A stretch of 64,000 nt of DNA from an uncultured Actinomycetes bacterium. Lineage in GTDB: Bacteria > Actinomycetota > UBA4738 > HRBIN12. The stretch spans positions 268,117 to 332,116 of the forward strand of contig CAVXYE010000004.1 of NCBI GenBank assembly GCA_963765865.1, given 5' to 3'. The notes beneath the pieces were generated by a model. It saw only the letters and a program-made list of their open reading frames with translations. It was not told where the DNA came from and made no database searches. This document shows, in pieces, positions 8,599 through 19,784 of the stretch (within the stretch, counting starts at the first letter, position 1; each line of letters opens with the position of its first letter). Both the position numbers and the translations under genes were made by a program.

Positions 8599-10560
8599 GT
8601 GAGCGAGCCCCAGCGCAACATCGACGCTCTCCTTTCGGAGCAACGAACATTCCCACCACCGCAAGCGTTCCGAGACCACGCCGTCGTTGGGGACCCGGCC
8701 GTCTATGAGACGGCCGCCGCCGATCACGAGGCCTTCTGGGCAGAGCAGGCCGGCCGGCTCGCCTGGTCCCGCCCCTGGGATTCCGTGATGGAGCGGGACG
8801 CGCCCTGGGTCACCTGGTTCAAGGGGGGACGCCTGAACGCCTCGGTGAACTGCCTGGACCGTCATATCGAGGCCGGCGGTGGCGACAAGGTCGCGTTCCT
8901 CTGGGAAGGCGAGCCGGGGGACGCGCGGGCGATCACGTATGCCGAGCTGCTGGAAGAGGTGTGTCGCCTCGCGAACGCGCTCCGGGCGCTGGGGATCCGC
9001 AAGGGCGACCGGGTCAACATCTACCTCGGCATGATCCCCGAGCTCCCGATCGCGATGCTCGCGTGCGCGCGGATCGGCGCCCCGCATTCGGTCGTGTTCG
9101 GCGGCTTCAGCGCCGAAGCCCTGCGGGACCGGATCAACGACGCCGAGGCCAAGGTCCTGATCACCGCCGACGGCGCCTGGCGGCGTGGACAGGTCGTTCC
9201 GCTGAAGGCGAACGCGGACGAGGCGGTTCGGGAGTGCCCGTCGATCGAGCACGTGATCACCGTGCGCCGATGCGGGAACGAGCATGCGTTCACCGAGGGT
9301 CGCGACCACTGGTACCACGATCTCGTCGCTGAGCAGTCGCCGACGTGCGAGCCGGAGGACATGGAAGCGGAAGATCTGCTCTACCTGCTCTACACGAGCG
9401 GCACGACCGGCAAGCCCAAGGGGATCGTGCACACGACCGGCGGCTACCTGACCCAGGTCGCCGCGACCCACCGGATGATCTTCGACATCCACGACGATGA
9501 CGTCTTCTGGACCGCTGCCGACTGCGGTTGGGTCACGGGGCATTCGTACATCGTCTACGGACCGCTCGCGAACCACACGACCGGCGTGATGTACGAGGGA
9601 GCGCCCGACTGGCCCGACAAGGACCGGTGGTGGTCGATCATCGAGAAGCATCGGGTGTCGATCCTCTACACCGCCCCGACCGCGATCCGCTCGTTCATGC
9701 GATGGGGCACCGAGTACCCGGGCAAGCATGACCTCTCCTCGCTGCGACTCCTCGGCTCCGTCGGCGAGCCGATCAACCCCGAGGCATGGGTCTGGTACTG
9801 GACGGTGATCGGGGGCGAGCGGTGCCCGGTCGTCGACACGTGGTGGCAGACGGAGACCGGCGCGATCTTGATCTCGCCGCTCCCCGGGATCACCACCCTC
9901 AAGCCGGGCTCGGCCACCATCCCCTTCCCGGGGATCGATGCCGACGTCATCGACGAGACCGGAGCGTCCGTTCCGCTGGGCGGCGGTGGCTACCTCGTGC
10001 TCACGCACCCCTGGCCGGGGATCGCGCGGACGATCTGGGGCGATCCCGATCGCTACGTCGAAACGTACTTCAGCAGGTTCGGTCCCGACGTCTACGTCGC
10101 CGGGGACGGCGCTCGGCGTGACGAGGACGGGTACTTCTGGCTCCTCGGTCGGATCGACGATGTGATGAACGTGGCCGGGCACCGGCTGTCAACGTTCGAG
10201 ATCGAATCGGCGTTGGTGGACGACTCGAAGGTGGCCGAGGCCGCCGTCGTCTCCCGGCCGGACGACCTGAAGGGAGAGGGGATCGTGGCGTTCGTCACCT
10301 TGAAGACGGGCTTCGAGGGAGATGCCGCGATGCTCGCCGAGCTCCGCGAGCACGTCGCGAAGGTGATCGGACCGATCGCGAAGCCCGACAACATCATCTT
10401 CACGCCGGACCTCCCGAAGACCCGGTCGGGGAAGATCATGCGCCGGCTGCTCCGCGACGTCGCCCGCGGCAACGTCCTCGGAGACGTCACCACCCTCGCC
10501 AACGCGGAGATCGTCGAGCAGATCCACGACATGGTCGAAACGGCCCCGACCGAAGCATGA
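8599..10560 (+). CDS. acs: acetyl-CoA synthetase (AMP-forming)
   Basis: Full-length Acs homolog with [11 protein letters not shown], the WWQTETG motif and C-terminal ...[17 protein letters not shown] start at 8599 follows a GGAGG RBS and matches the canonical N-terminus. The track Met at 8551 is a possible over-extension. Confidence 0.9.
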   Translation: MSEPQRNIDALLSEQRTFPPPQAFRDHAVVGDPAVYETAAADHEAFWAEQAGRLAWSRPWDSVMERDAPWVTWFKGGRLNASVNCLDRHIEAGGGDKVAFLWEGEPGDARAITYAELLEEVCRLANALRALGIRKGDRVNIYLGMIPELPIAMLACARIGAPHSVVFGGFSAEALRDRINDAEAKVLITADGAWRRGQVVPLKANADEAVRECPSIEHVITVRRCGNEHAFTEGRDHWYHDLVAEQSPTCEPEDMEAEDLLYLLYTSGTTGKPKGIVHTTGGYLTQVAATHRMIFDIHDDDVFWTAADCGWVTGHSYIVYGPLANHTTGVMYEGAPDWPDKDRWWSIIEKHRVSILYTAPTAIRSFMRWGTEYPGKHDLSSLRLLGSVGEPINPEAWVWYWTVIGGERCPVVDTWWQTETGAILISPLPGITTLKPGSATIPFPGIDADVIDETGASVPLGGGGYLVLTHPWPGIARTIWGDPDRYVETYFSRFGPDVYVAGDGARRDEDGYFWLLGRIDDVMNVAGHRLSTFEIESALVDDSKVAEAAVVSRPDDLKGEGIVAFVTLKTGFEGDAAMLAELREHVAKVIGPIAKPDNIIFTPDLPKTRSGKIMRRLLRDVARGNVLGDVTTLANAEIVEQIHDMVETAPTEA

Positions 10561-10976
10561 GTGGAACGTCCGCGCTCGGCGGGGCCCAGGCGGCGTTCGT
10601 TGAGCGCGCCCGGGTGGCCCGCTTGGGGACCACGATGCTCGACGGGACGCCGCACGTCGTCCCGGTCTGCCCGGTCCTGGACCTCGATCGCATCCTGATC
10701 GCCTCCGCGTTCGACCGGAAGGTCGCGAACATCCGGGACAACCCGGCCGTGTGCATCGCGTTCGACGACTATTCCGAGGACTGGGAACACGGTCTCGCCC
10801 AGGTCATCGTGTACGGCGACGCCTACTTGGTGGACAGCGGCCCGGAGTTCGACCGTGACGCCGCCCTGCTGAACGAGAAGTTCCCCCAGTACCCGGCGAG
10901 CACCTCCCCGATCGAGGTCGGCACGACGGTGATCATCGAGATCCGGACCGTCCGCGTCTCAAGCTCCGGCGTCTGA
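10557..10976 (+). CDS. pyridoxamine 5'-phosphate oxidase-family protein (F420-dependent PPOX class-like)
   Basis: 139 aa split-barrel-like sequence ...[17 protein letters not shown]...AVCIAFDDY... 4-nt overlap (ATGA) with acs. Confidence 0.65.
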   Translation: MSGTSALGGAQAAFVERARVARLGTTMLDGTPHVVPVCPVLDLDRILIASAFDRKVANIRDNPAVCIAFDDYSEDWEHGLAQVIVYGDAYLVDSGPEFDRDAALLNEKFPQYPASTSPIEVGTTVIIEIRTVRVSSSGV

Positions 10977-10994
10977 GATCGTTCCCGGCACCGA

Positions 10995-12779
10995 TCAGGG
11001 GTTGCGAGCGAAGAAGTCGAGGATCAGCTCCATGTGGTGCACCCGTTCGTCGACCGCGTTCGCGTGATGGCCCTCCGGATACAGCTGAAGGTCGACGTCG
11101 ACGCCCCGGGCACGAACGGCATCGACCCACGGCAGGATGCCTTCCAGCGGGCAGCGTGGATCGTTCTCCCCGGCGATCACCAACACGGGAGCGGTGACGG
11201 CGGCGGCGTAGGTCATCGGGTCGCTCCGGCGGTACGCGTCGGGGACCTGCTCCGGCGAGCCGCCGTACACGGCGTCGTCCCAGGCCTGGAGCTCGGGGGC
11301 GCAGGCGTGATGCGCCGCCACGAAGTCGCCGGCAGGGATGCCCGCGAAGATCGCGCGCCACCGATCGGGATGGACGCCGGCGTTGAAGCACGCCAGGCAG
11401 CCGCCCCAGGACCAGCCGCTCCAGTACACCCGCCGAGGATCGACGACGCCCTCGCGTTCCAAGGCATCGAGGCCCGCGATGATGTCCTCCGTCTCCGTGA
11501 AGCAGACGGCGCCGATCAGCGCGCGGCGGAACGCCACGCCGTATCCCGTGGAGCCGCGGTAGTTGACGAGGGCGACCGCGTACCCGGCGTCGACGAACGC
11601 TTGGGTCTCGGGGTCGAAGCGATCGCGTTCGTGCCACTCGGGACCGCCGTGCACCGACATCACGGTGGGGAACGGTCCCGGACCCGGCGGCGTCACCACG
11701 AACGCGTGGATCGTGTCGCCGCTGGGGTTGGAGAAGAAGAACGATCGGTACGCTCGACCGGGCGGTGGCGGTTCCGCGGGACCCGTGAGCACCTCACGGC
11801 CGTCCTGATCGATCACCCGCGGGGCACGGGTCGCGTCGCTGGCAAGGAGCCATACGGAGCCGTCGGGGCGGATGGCGGCGCCTCCGTCGCTCTCGATGTC
11901 CCCGTGCGGGTCGGCGATCAGGTCGATCGCCCCGGTCGACGGATCCAACCGGTAGAGCTGGGCCCTGCCCTCGTGCTCGTGACGGACGAGGAGCGCGGAC
12001 GCGTCCGGCCACCACTGGATCGGGAAGACGGCGCCCGGGAGGTCGACCGCGAGGTCGGTCCGTGCTCCGGTCTCGACGTCCCAGATGGCCGGCCGCTCGA
12101 ACGGTCCCAGCTCGCTCGTGAACGCCAGGCGCTGGTCTCCGGGTACCGGGGACCACGCGTCGGGCTCGAGGTTCGCGCCCGCATCGACGAGGTCGCCCCG
12201 GCCCGCTCCGGTGTCCGCATCCAGGACACGAAGCGCGAGATGCAGGATGTCGCCGCGTTCGGCGTGTCGGACGCACAGGAGCGACCCGTCCGCCGAGAGC
12301 CCTCCGGTCTTCGGATATTCACGACCCACCCCGCTCGGGAACGACGTGGCCCATAGGAGGCGAGGGTCTCCCCCGTCGTCGTCGACGTAGACCCGATAGT
12401 CGCCCTCGACCTCAACGCCGATCGCGGTCCGGCTCGGGTGGAACGCGAGGCCGGTGAGCCACCCCTCGGGGAGATCCGGCAGGATCGGTTCAGGGACGCC
12501 GCCGGCCGGCGCTCCGACCAGCCGGCCCCGCTCGTCGCCGGTCACATCGCTCCACCAGGCGAAACGGCCGTCCGGAAGCGCCCAGACCCCCTGGTCCACC
12601 CCGATCGGTTCCCGGCTCAGTTGCTCCCACGCTCCCGTCCGCAGATCGTGGGTCCACACCTGCGCGACGCCGCCGAGCGTGCTGATCAGGGCGAGCAGGC
12701 TCGGGTCTGCCGTCGACCACGCGGGGAAGCCCAGCTCAGGAGCGGTGAAGCGGCGCACCCAGGCCCGTTCGTCGCTCAT
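10995..12779 (-). CDS. S9-family serine peptidase (prolyl oligopeptidase/acylaminoacyl-peptidase type)
   Basis: 594 aa. N-terminal beta-propeller-like region. C-terminal alpha/beta-hydrolase with GWSWGG nucleophile motif and downstream D/H residues. Confidence 0.8.
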   Translation of the reverse strand: MSDERAWVRRFTAPELGFPAWSTADPSLLALISTLGGVAQVWTHDLRTGAWEQLSREPIGVDQGVWALPDGRFAWWSDVTGDERGRLVGAPAGGVPEPILPDLPEGWLTGLAFHPSRTAIGVEVEGDYRVYVDDDGGDPRLLWATSFPSGVGREYPKTGGLSADGSLLCVRHAERGDILHLALRVLDADTGAGRGDLVDAGANLEPDAWSPVPGDQRLAFTSELGPFERPAIWDVETGARTDLAVDLPGAVFPIQWWPDASALLVRHEHEGRAQLYRLDPSTGAIDLIADPHGDIESDGGAAIRPDGSVWLLASDATRAPRVIDQDGREVLTGPAEPPPPGRAYRSFFFSNPSGDTIHAFVVTPPGPGPFPTVMSVHGGPEWHERDRFDPETQAFVDAGYAVALVNYRGSTGYGVAFRRALIGAVCFTETEDIIAGLDALEREGVVDPRRVYWSGWSWGGCLACFNAGVHPDRWRAIFAGIPAGDFVAAHHACAPELQAWDDAVYGGSPEQVPDAYRRSDPMTYAAAVTAPVLVIAGENDPRCPLEGILPWVDAVRARGVDVDLQLYPEGHHANAVDERVHHMELILDFFARNP

Positions 12780-12808
12780 CGGGGTCGAAGCCTACCGTCG
12801 GCGTCGCG

Positions 12809-12838
12809 TTGCCAGTTCTCGGCTCCGAGAGCTACCAT
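12809..12838 (+). promoter_or_regulatory. putative sigma-A promoter of groEL (TTGCCA-N18-TACCAT)
   Basis: -35-like TTGCCA (12809..12814) and -10-like TACCAT (12833..12838), immediately upstream of the CIRCE element. Confidence 0.4.
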
Positions 12839-12841
12839 CCC

Positions 12842-12868
12842 TTAGCACTCACGCCTGTCGAGTGCTAG
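12842..12868 (+). promoter_or_regulatory. CIRCE operator (HrcA binding site) upstream of groEL
   Basis: TTAGCACTC-N9-GAGTGCTAG, a near-perfect match to the CIRCE consensus TTAGCACTC-N9-GAGTGCTAA, 43 nt upstream of the groEL start. Confidence 0.85.
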
Positions 12869-14536
<1,668 letters not shown>

Positions 14537-14552
14537 TCCGACCCGACGTGGT

Positions 14553-14596
14553 GGGAGGGGCCCGGGCGCGGATGCGCCCGGGCCCCTCCCGTTTCC
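14553..14596 (+). terminator. GC-rich hairpin terminator downstream of groEL
   Basis: Perfect 17-bp inverted repeat GGGAGGGGCCCGGGCGC-ggat-GCGCCCGGGCCCCTCCC followed by GTTTCC. Confidence 0.6.
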
Positions 14597-14675
14597 GTCA
14601 CGGAACCGCAACATCCCGCCTCGAACCGTCCGGCCCGGGGAACCGAAAGAAGGGGTGGAGCCCCTCTCTCCGAGC

Positions 14676-14706
14676 GAAGGCCCCGGGCGAAGCCCGGGGC
14701 CTTCGT
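14676..14706 (+). repeat. second GC-rich hairpin related to the groEL terminator
   Basis: GAAGGCCCCGGGC-gaag-GCCCGGGGCCTTC, a 13-bp stem sharing the GCCCGGG core with the 14553 hairpin. Lies 28 nt upstream of the thioesterase start. Confidence 0.45.
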
Positions 14707-14733
14707 GATCTCCGGCCCGTATGCTCCGCCCCC

Positions 14734-15162
14734 GTGGAGCAGATCGAGATCGCGATCCGGTGGCGCGACGTGGACAACTACGGCCACGTCAATAACGCCG
14801 TCTACCTCACCTACCTGGAGGAATGTCGCGATCGGTGGGTCCGCCGGACCCTCGGCGACGACGTCGGATTCGTGATCGTTCGTGTCGCGATCGACTTCCG
14901 CCGGGAGCTCTCGCTCGAGGACGGATCGGTCACGGTCGCGTGCGGGGGCACCGGGTACGGCACCTCGTCGATCCGGACGGCGGAGACCATCCGGGCCAAG
15001 GCCGGGTGGATCGCCGCCGAGTCGGAGTCGGTGATCGTCGCCCACGACGCCGCCAGCCGGAAGTCACGCCCGATCACGGATCGGGAGCGCTCGGCCTTGG
15101 ATGCGGCGATCGAGGCCGACCGGGCGCGGGTCAGCCCGGAAGGATCTGCCGGCCGAACTTGA
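14734..15162 (+). CDS. acyl-CoA thioesterase, 4HBT/YbgC family
   Basis: Hotdog-fold signature ...IAIRWRDVDNYGHVNNAVYLTYLEECRDRW... Only a GTG start is in frame at 14734. The listed 902-aa ORF upstream is an artefact. Confidence 0.65.
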   Translation: MEQIEIAIRWRDVDNYGHVNNAVYLTYLEECRDRWVRRTLGDDVGFVIVRVAIDFRRELSLEDGSVTVACGGTGYGTSSIRTAETIRAKAGWIAAESESVIVAHDAASRKSRPITDRERSALDAAIEADRARVSPEGSAGRT

Positions 15163-16477
15163 AGTGCTGGCGGTACCAGCCGTCGCCGACCCACATGATC
15201 GTGACCCCGCCGGGCGAGCTGCTCGAATCCAGCGAGAACCCGCTGCCGATGTAGGTATCGACATGATCGACCGTGCCGTCTCCATCGCCGTCGTAGAACA
15301 TCAGGTCCCCCGGTTGGAGGTCCCGGAAGGCGATCCGCTTCTTCGTCATCGTCGCCATGTCGGCCGAGGTCCGTTGCGCCAGCGTCCACCCCGCATACGG
15401 CCGCGGCGGCGCCACCTTCCAGCTGCTGTTGTCGTCGGCACGGAGGAGCCACCAGGCGAACCCGGAGCAGTCGAACCCGGAGCGGGGTTGGCCGCCGAGC
15501 GCCGCCGGCTCCGGCGTGGACAGACCCCATTCGCCGCCCCAGACGTAGGGGTAACCGACGTAGCGGACCCCCCACTGGACGACGCTGAGCATCCGTGGTC
15601 CGAGGTTCGGCAGCTCGACGTTCGCGTACTGAGCCAGGAGGTCGCCGACGCTCCAGGACGGTTGCGTCGTCGCGCGCCAGAGCGAATACGCGACCTGGGT
15701 CCTCGGCATCAGGTCGGTCGGACCGACGTCCATCCCTTCGGAGCCGGTCGGCGCGTTGTAGCGCAGGTCCAAGCGCATGCCCAGGAGCGTCGTGCCGAAG
15801 CTCATCGGGACGTGGAAGGTGGCACCCGACCGGGTGTGGATGTGGTTGAGCGCGATCGCGGCGGGTTTCAGACCGAGGGCGAGCACGAGCGCCCGGTGGA
15901 GCATGCTCATCGTGACCGGGTCATCAGGCGCGAACGATCCGTCGCCCTGCCTGCCGAGCCATCCGTGTTCGACGGCGACGGCGGCGTAGCGGTACCAGCC
16001 GCTCGACGCGTCGAGGTCGGGGAACACGATCGAAGGGTCGGGCGCCTCGCCGGGCGCGAACGCCCGCACGATCGAGCGCGCGAGGTACTTCCGGGTCTCG
16101 ATCGCGTGTGGACGGAACGGGTACGTGCCGTCAGCGTTGGGGGCGAAGTCACGCATCCAGTCGTTGGTCGCGGCGACGAACCGGATGCCTTCCCTCGCCC
16201 ACCCATCCGACGCCGTGAGATCCGAGAAGCGGATCTGGGGCACGGCCGTCGCGCTCATGGCTCGACGAGCCGACGTGGGGTAGACGATCGGGAGCGCGGG
16301 GATCCCCGATCCAGCCTCCCCCGCGGTCCGGTCCCAACGAGCGATCCTCCGTTGCTCGCCGACGGACGCGGTCGCCTGTGCTGATGCTGCCAACGTCAAT
16401 GAGGCGATGCTCGCCACGACGGCCACGATCGCGGAGGGCACGCGCGAACGACGTCGGAACCAGACCCCCGGACCCAT
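15131..16477 (-). CDS. secreted NlpC/P60 (C40) cell-wall hydrolase with SLH-like repeats
   Basis: Signal peptide (AIVAVVASIASLTLAASAQA). Two to three SLH-like repeats (FSDLTASDGWAREGIRFVAATNDWMRDF...; FPDLDASSGWYRYAAVAVEHGWLGRQGDGSFAPDDPVTMSMLHRALVLAL). C-terminal NlpC/P60 catalytic core (GFDCSGFAWWLL...DLQPGDLMFYDGDGDGTVDHVDTYIG). Confidence 0.75.
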   Translation of the reverse strand: MGPGVWFRRRSRVPSAIVAVVASIASLTLAASAQATASVGEQRRIARWDRTAGEAGSGIPALPIVYPTSARRAMSATAVPQIRFSDLTASDGWAREGIRFVAATNDWMRDFAPNADGTYPFRPHAIETRKYLARSIVRAFAPGEAPDPSIVFPDLDASSGWYRYAAVAVEHGWLGRQGDGSFAPDDPVTMSMLHRALVLALGLKPAAIALNHIHTRSGATFHVPMSFGTTLLGMRLDLRYNAPTGSEGMDVGPTDLMPRTQVAYSLWRATTQPSWSVGDLLAQYANVELPNLGPRMLSVVQWGVRYVGYPYVWGGEWGLSTPEPAALGGQPRSGFDCSGFAWWLLRADDNSSWKVAPPRPYAGWTLAQRTSADMATMTKKRIAFRDLQPGDLMFYDGDGDGTVDHVDTYIGSGFSLDSSSSPGGVTIMWVGDGWYRQHFKFGRQILPG

Positions 16478-16560
16478 ACTCCGGTCCTCGGCATCCGGGC
16501 TGGAGGTCTTTACCGGAGCGGTGAGAACAGCACGATCGAACGACCGCGCCTACGCCGAGC

Positions 16561-17085
16561 TCAGTCCTTCGGGCCTTCCTTGCGGACCTCTTGGACCTGC
16601 TTGAGGGCCTCGCGAAGGTCCGCCAGCCACTCCTCCTGCCGCTCCGACACCAGGCGGACACACCATGCGAGCGCGTGGCTCCGGGAGCGGGCGACGCCGG
16701 AGTCGACCAGCGTGTCCAACACTTCCCGCTCGGGCATCCGCAGGCGCGTCATCGCGGGGATCGCCAGCGTCGTGAAGAGCTGGCGCTGGTCTGCACACTT
16801 TGCACCCCAGCTGATCTTGCGGCCGAACCGGCGCTCGGCCTCGTCCGCGATCCGCATCCGCTGGGTGCGCGTGTCCTCGCGGAACCCGGAGATCCGTGCC
16901 TCGGCGGCCGCGGTCCGCGTCTCCGGCCCGGCGTCCTGCGGGAGCTCGGGCTCGGCCAGGGTGCCGACGACGAGGATCTCGTCACGGTCGAACGAAACGT
17001 CGATCGGCCCGACGAACCACTCCGAGGGGAGCCGTCCGGCGAACCATCCTTCGAGGTGCTCGTGGAAGTCGCTCTTCTCAGTCAT
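16561..17085 (-). CDS. conserved hypothetical protein
   Basis: 174 aa, non-repetitive, with an MTEKSDFHEHLEGWFAG start. No recognised domain. Confidence 0.45.
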   Translation of the reverse strand: MTEKSDFHEHLEGWFAGRLPSEWFVGPIDVSFDRDEILVVGTLAEPELPQDAGPETRTAAAEARISGFREDTRTQRMRIADEAERRFGRKISWGAKCADQRQLFTTLAIPAMTRLRMPEREVLDTLVDSGVARSRSHALAWCVRLVSERQEEWLADLREALKQVQEVRKEGPKD

Positions 17086-17124
17086 GATGACGAGATTACA
17101 TCATTACATCGATACGTCAAGGAG

Positions 17125-18702
17125 ATGACCGGCGGAGGGCGTGGGTGTACCTTCCGACCCGTGCGCGTGGTCCGCTGGTTGACGCCTCGACGTGCCGCCC
17201 GCACCCGCCGCCGTCCGTCCGCTCCGTCCGGGCCGCACCTGGTCGTCAACACGAAGCCCCTCACCGGGATCCCTGCGATCCGCAACTTCTTCCGTACGAC
17301 CCAGACGCCCGTCTACTTCGTGAGCGCGACCGCGTTCAACCTGCTGGGGATCGATCGGTGGGTCCGCACCTTCAAGTTCATCAACTACTACGACTCGTTC
17401 GACGGGTGGCATCCCAACGTGTTCGTCCCGCGCGAGCAGTCGCCGCGGGCGTTCGGGTCGATCGAGGAGATCGTGAACTACCTGCTGGGGCACAAGGAGG
17501 TGGCGGATCTGGTCTCGGCCCACGGCCCCGGCAAGGCCGCGTTCCTGATGTTCGACGACGAGACCGAACAACTCGCCGACGAGCTTCGCCTCGACGTGGT
17601 GTTCCCGCCCGCCTCGCTCCGCCACCGGCTCGATTCCAAGATCGAGACCACACGGCTCGGTGACGAGGCCGGGGTGCCCAGCGTCCCCAACACGATGGGC
17701 ACCGCGACGACGTACCCGGAGCTCATCTCGCTCGCGAGGTCGGGTGGGCTCGGGGACGACCTCGTGGTGCAGACGCCGTACGGGGACTCGGGCCAGACGA
17801 CGTTCTTCATCGCCGACGGCCGGGATTGGGATCGCCATGAACGGAAGGTCGCGGGCGAACAGCTCAAGGTGATGAAGCGGATCGAGCCGAGGGAGCTGGC
17901 GATCGAGGGCGTGATCACCCGGCACGGCACGCTGGTCGGTCCCCTCATGGCCGAGCTCGTCGGCTTCGAGGAGCTCACGCCCTACGACGGTGGCTGGTGC
18001 GGCGACGACGTCTCGCCGGATCTCCTCACCGAGAAGCAGCGACGTGACGCCCGCGAACGGACCATCGCGATGGGCGAACGGCTGCGACGGGAGGGCTACC
18101 GAGGGTACTTCGAGCTGGACTTCCTCCTGGACGCCGGAACGGGGGAACTCTGGCTCGGTGAGCTGAACCCCCGGGTGACCGGCGCGTCGAGCATCACGAA
18201 CGTGACGGCCGTCGCCTACGGCGACATGCCGCTCTTCCTCTTCCACCTGCTCGAGTTCATGGACGTCGACTACGAGATCGATGTCGACGAGCTGAACGAA
18301 CGATGGGCGCAGGTCCAGAACCTGGACGAGTGGACCCAGTTCATCCTGAAGCAGACCGAAGAGGTGACCGAACGCATCACGAGGGCGCCGGCGTCGGGCA
18401 TCTGGAGGATGCCCGACGCCGGCGCCCTCCGCTTCGACCGGCGCGTCACCGATTGGCACACGGTCGCCGACGAAGCGGAAGCCTTCTACCTGCGGATCGC
18501 CGGAGCCGGCCAATACCGCTACCCGGGGGCGGACCTGGGCATCCTGGTGACCCGGGGGCGGTTCATGAACGACGAGCACGAGCTGCTCGATCGCACCAGG
18601 GGTTGGATCTCCGGGATCAAAGCGCAGTACGCCAGCGTGCCGCTCGATCACGACGACCCGTTGCCGCACGAGCCCGAGCCGTTCGGGTTCAAGCTCCTCT
18701 GA
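17125..18702 (+). CDS. ATP-grasp-domain protein (carboxylate-amine ligase-like), function unknown
   Basis: ~525 aa. ATP-grasp core ...LKVMKRIEPRELAIEGVITRHGTLVGPLMAELVGFEELTP...YRGYFELDFLLDAGTGELWLGELNPRVTGASS... ATG at 17125 lies directly behind AAGGAG. GTG at 17159/17165 are alternative starts, since the N-terminus is Arg-rich. Confidence 0.7.
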   Translation: MTGGGRGCTFRPVRVVRWLTPRRAARTRRRPSAPSGPHLVVNTKPLTGIPAIRNFFRTTQTPVYFVSATAFNLLGIDRWVRTFKFINYYDSFDGWHPNVFVPREQSPRAFGSIEEIVNYLLGHKEVADLVSAHGPGKAAFLMFDDETEQLADELRLDVVFPPASLRHRLDSKIETTRLGDEAGVPSVPNTMGTATTYPELISLARSGGLGDDLVVQTPYGDSGQTTFFIADGRDWDRHERKVAGEQLKVMKRIEPRELAIEGVITRHGTLVGPLMAELVGFEELTPYDGGWCGDDVSPDLLTEKQRRDARERTIAMGERLRREGYRGYFELDFLLDAGTGELWLGELNPRVTGASSITNVTAVAYGDMPLFLFHLLEFMDVDYEIDVDELNERWAQVQNLDEWTQFILKQTEEVTERITRAPASGIWRMPDAGALRFDRRVTDWHTVADEAEAFYLRIAGAGQYRYPGADLGILVTRGRFMNDEHELLDRTRGWISGIKAQYASVPLDHDDPLPHEPEPFGFKLL

Positions 18703-18758
18703 AGGCGGCTCGGCGGCGCTCGACGCTCGCGCGTCCTCCTGCGAGCATCTGCGCGGCC

Positions 18759-19766
18759 ATGCGCATGCTCCCGTTCACGTTCCGCTCCATCGAGGAGCTC
18801 GAGCTCGGAGATCGCTGGCGCGCCGTCTTCGAGGAGCGATGGCCGCACTACCGGGAGTGGTTCCTCCGCGAGGGCGAGGAGGCTCGCCCGTCCTACGCGA
18901 CGAGCGCGCGGATGTTCCGCGCGCACATGCCGGAGCTGGTCCCGGCGTACGAACGAGTGGTCGAGCTGGCGGGGGGCGGCGACCTGGCGGCGCGCATGCT
19001 CTCGCTCTACCAGCCGCCTCCGTTCCTCGCGGCCTGTTCGCAGGGCGCCTGGACGCGCGAGGGGGGTCCGCTGCTCGCTCGCAACTACGACTACGCGCCG
19101 TCGCGGTTCGAAGGCTTGGTGTGGTCGACGCGTTTGCTGGGTCGCCGCGTGATCGGCATGAGCGACTGCCTCTGGGGCCTCCTGGATGGGATGAACGACG
19201 CGGGGCTCGCCGTCTCGCTGACGTTCGGCGGCCGGCAGGTCCTGGGCGATGGCTTCGGGATCCCGATCGTGACGCGGTACGTCTTGGAGACCTGCGCGAC
19301 GGTCGAGGAGGCCCGGGTGACGCTGGCGCGACTCCCGTATTCGCTCAGCCACAACCTCACGCTGGTCGACCGGAGCGGGCGGGTCCTCACCGCGTACCTC
19401 GCGCCCGACCGTGAGCCGATCTTCCGCGACGTCCCGGCGGCCACCAATCACCAGGGGATCGTCGAATGGCCCGAGCAAGCTCGCGCGACCCGCACGATCG
19501 AACGCGAGCAAGCGATCGTTCGTTCGTTGGGGGATCCCGCGATGGACGCCGCTGCGTTCACCGAGAGCTTCCTGCGGCCTCCGCTCTTCTCGACGTCGTA
19601 CGCCCATGGCTTCGGGACGCTCTACACGGCGGTCTATCGCGTCGGCGAAGGGGTCGTCGAGTACCGCTGGCCCAGCTTCACCTGGCGGCTGAGCTTCGAT
19701 GCATTCCATGAAGGCGAGCACGTCGAGGTGCTCGCGGAACCGACCTTCGTCGGCTCGGTAGGCTGA
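18759..19766 (+). CDS. C45-family Ntn-hydrolase (acyl-CoA:6-APA acyltransferase/peptidase C45-like)
   Basis: ~335 aa. ...FLAACSQGAWTREGGPLLARNYDY... (candidate nucleophile Cys) and ...GMNDAGLAVSLTFGG... typical of the C45/AAT family. Directly downstream of the ATP-grasp gene. Confidence 0.7.
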   Translation: MRMLPFTFRSIEELELGDRWRAVFEERWPHYREWFLREGEEARPSYATSARMFRAHMPELVPAYERVVELAGGGDLAARMLSLYQPPPFLAACSQGAWTREGGPLLARNYDYAPSRFEGLVWSTRLLGRRVIGMSDCLWGLLDGMNDAGLAVSLTFGGRQVLGDGFGIPIVTRYVLETCATVEEARVTLARLPYSLSHNLTLVDRSGRVLTAYLAPDREPIFRDVPAATNHQGIVEWPEQARATRTIEREQAIVRSLGDPAMDAAAFTESFLRPPLFSTSYAHGFGTLYTAVYRVGEGVVEYRWPSFTWRLSFDAFHEGEHVEVLAEPTFVGSVG

Positions 19767-19784
19767 ACCCGGAGGCGAGGTGCG

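Noticed and set aside
8149-10182. 677-aa ORF antisense to acs. Similar long antisense/alternate-frame ORFs at 12454..15162 (902 aa), 12842..14614, 21231..23390, 23547..25380, 28489..30321 and 35193..38222 upstream part.
   Set aside because: Arg/Pro/Gly-rich low-complexity translations with no domain signal. They overlap strongly supported genes on the other strand or frame. Expected open frames in 70% GC DNA.
16591-17124. N-terminal 178 codons of the 703-aa track ORF upstream of the ATP-grasp gene
   Set aside because: Antisense to the 16561..17085 gene, low-complexity translation. The ATG at 17125 behind AAGGAG is the first credible start.
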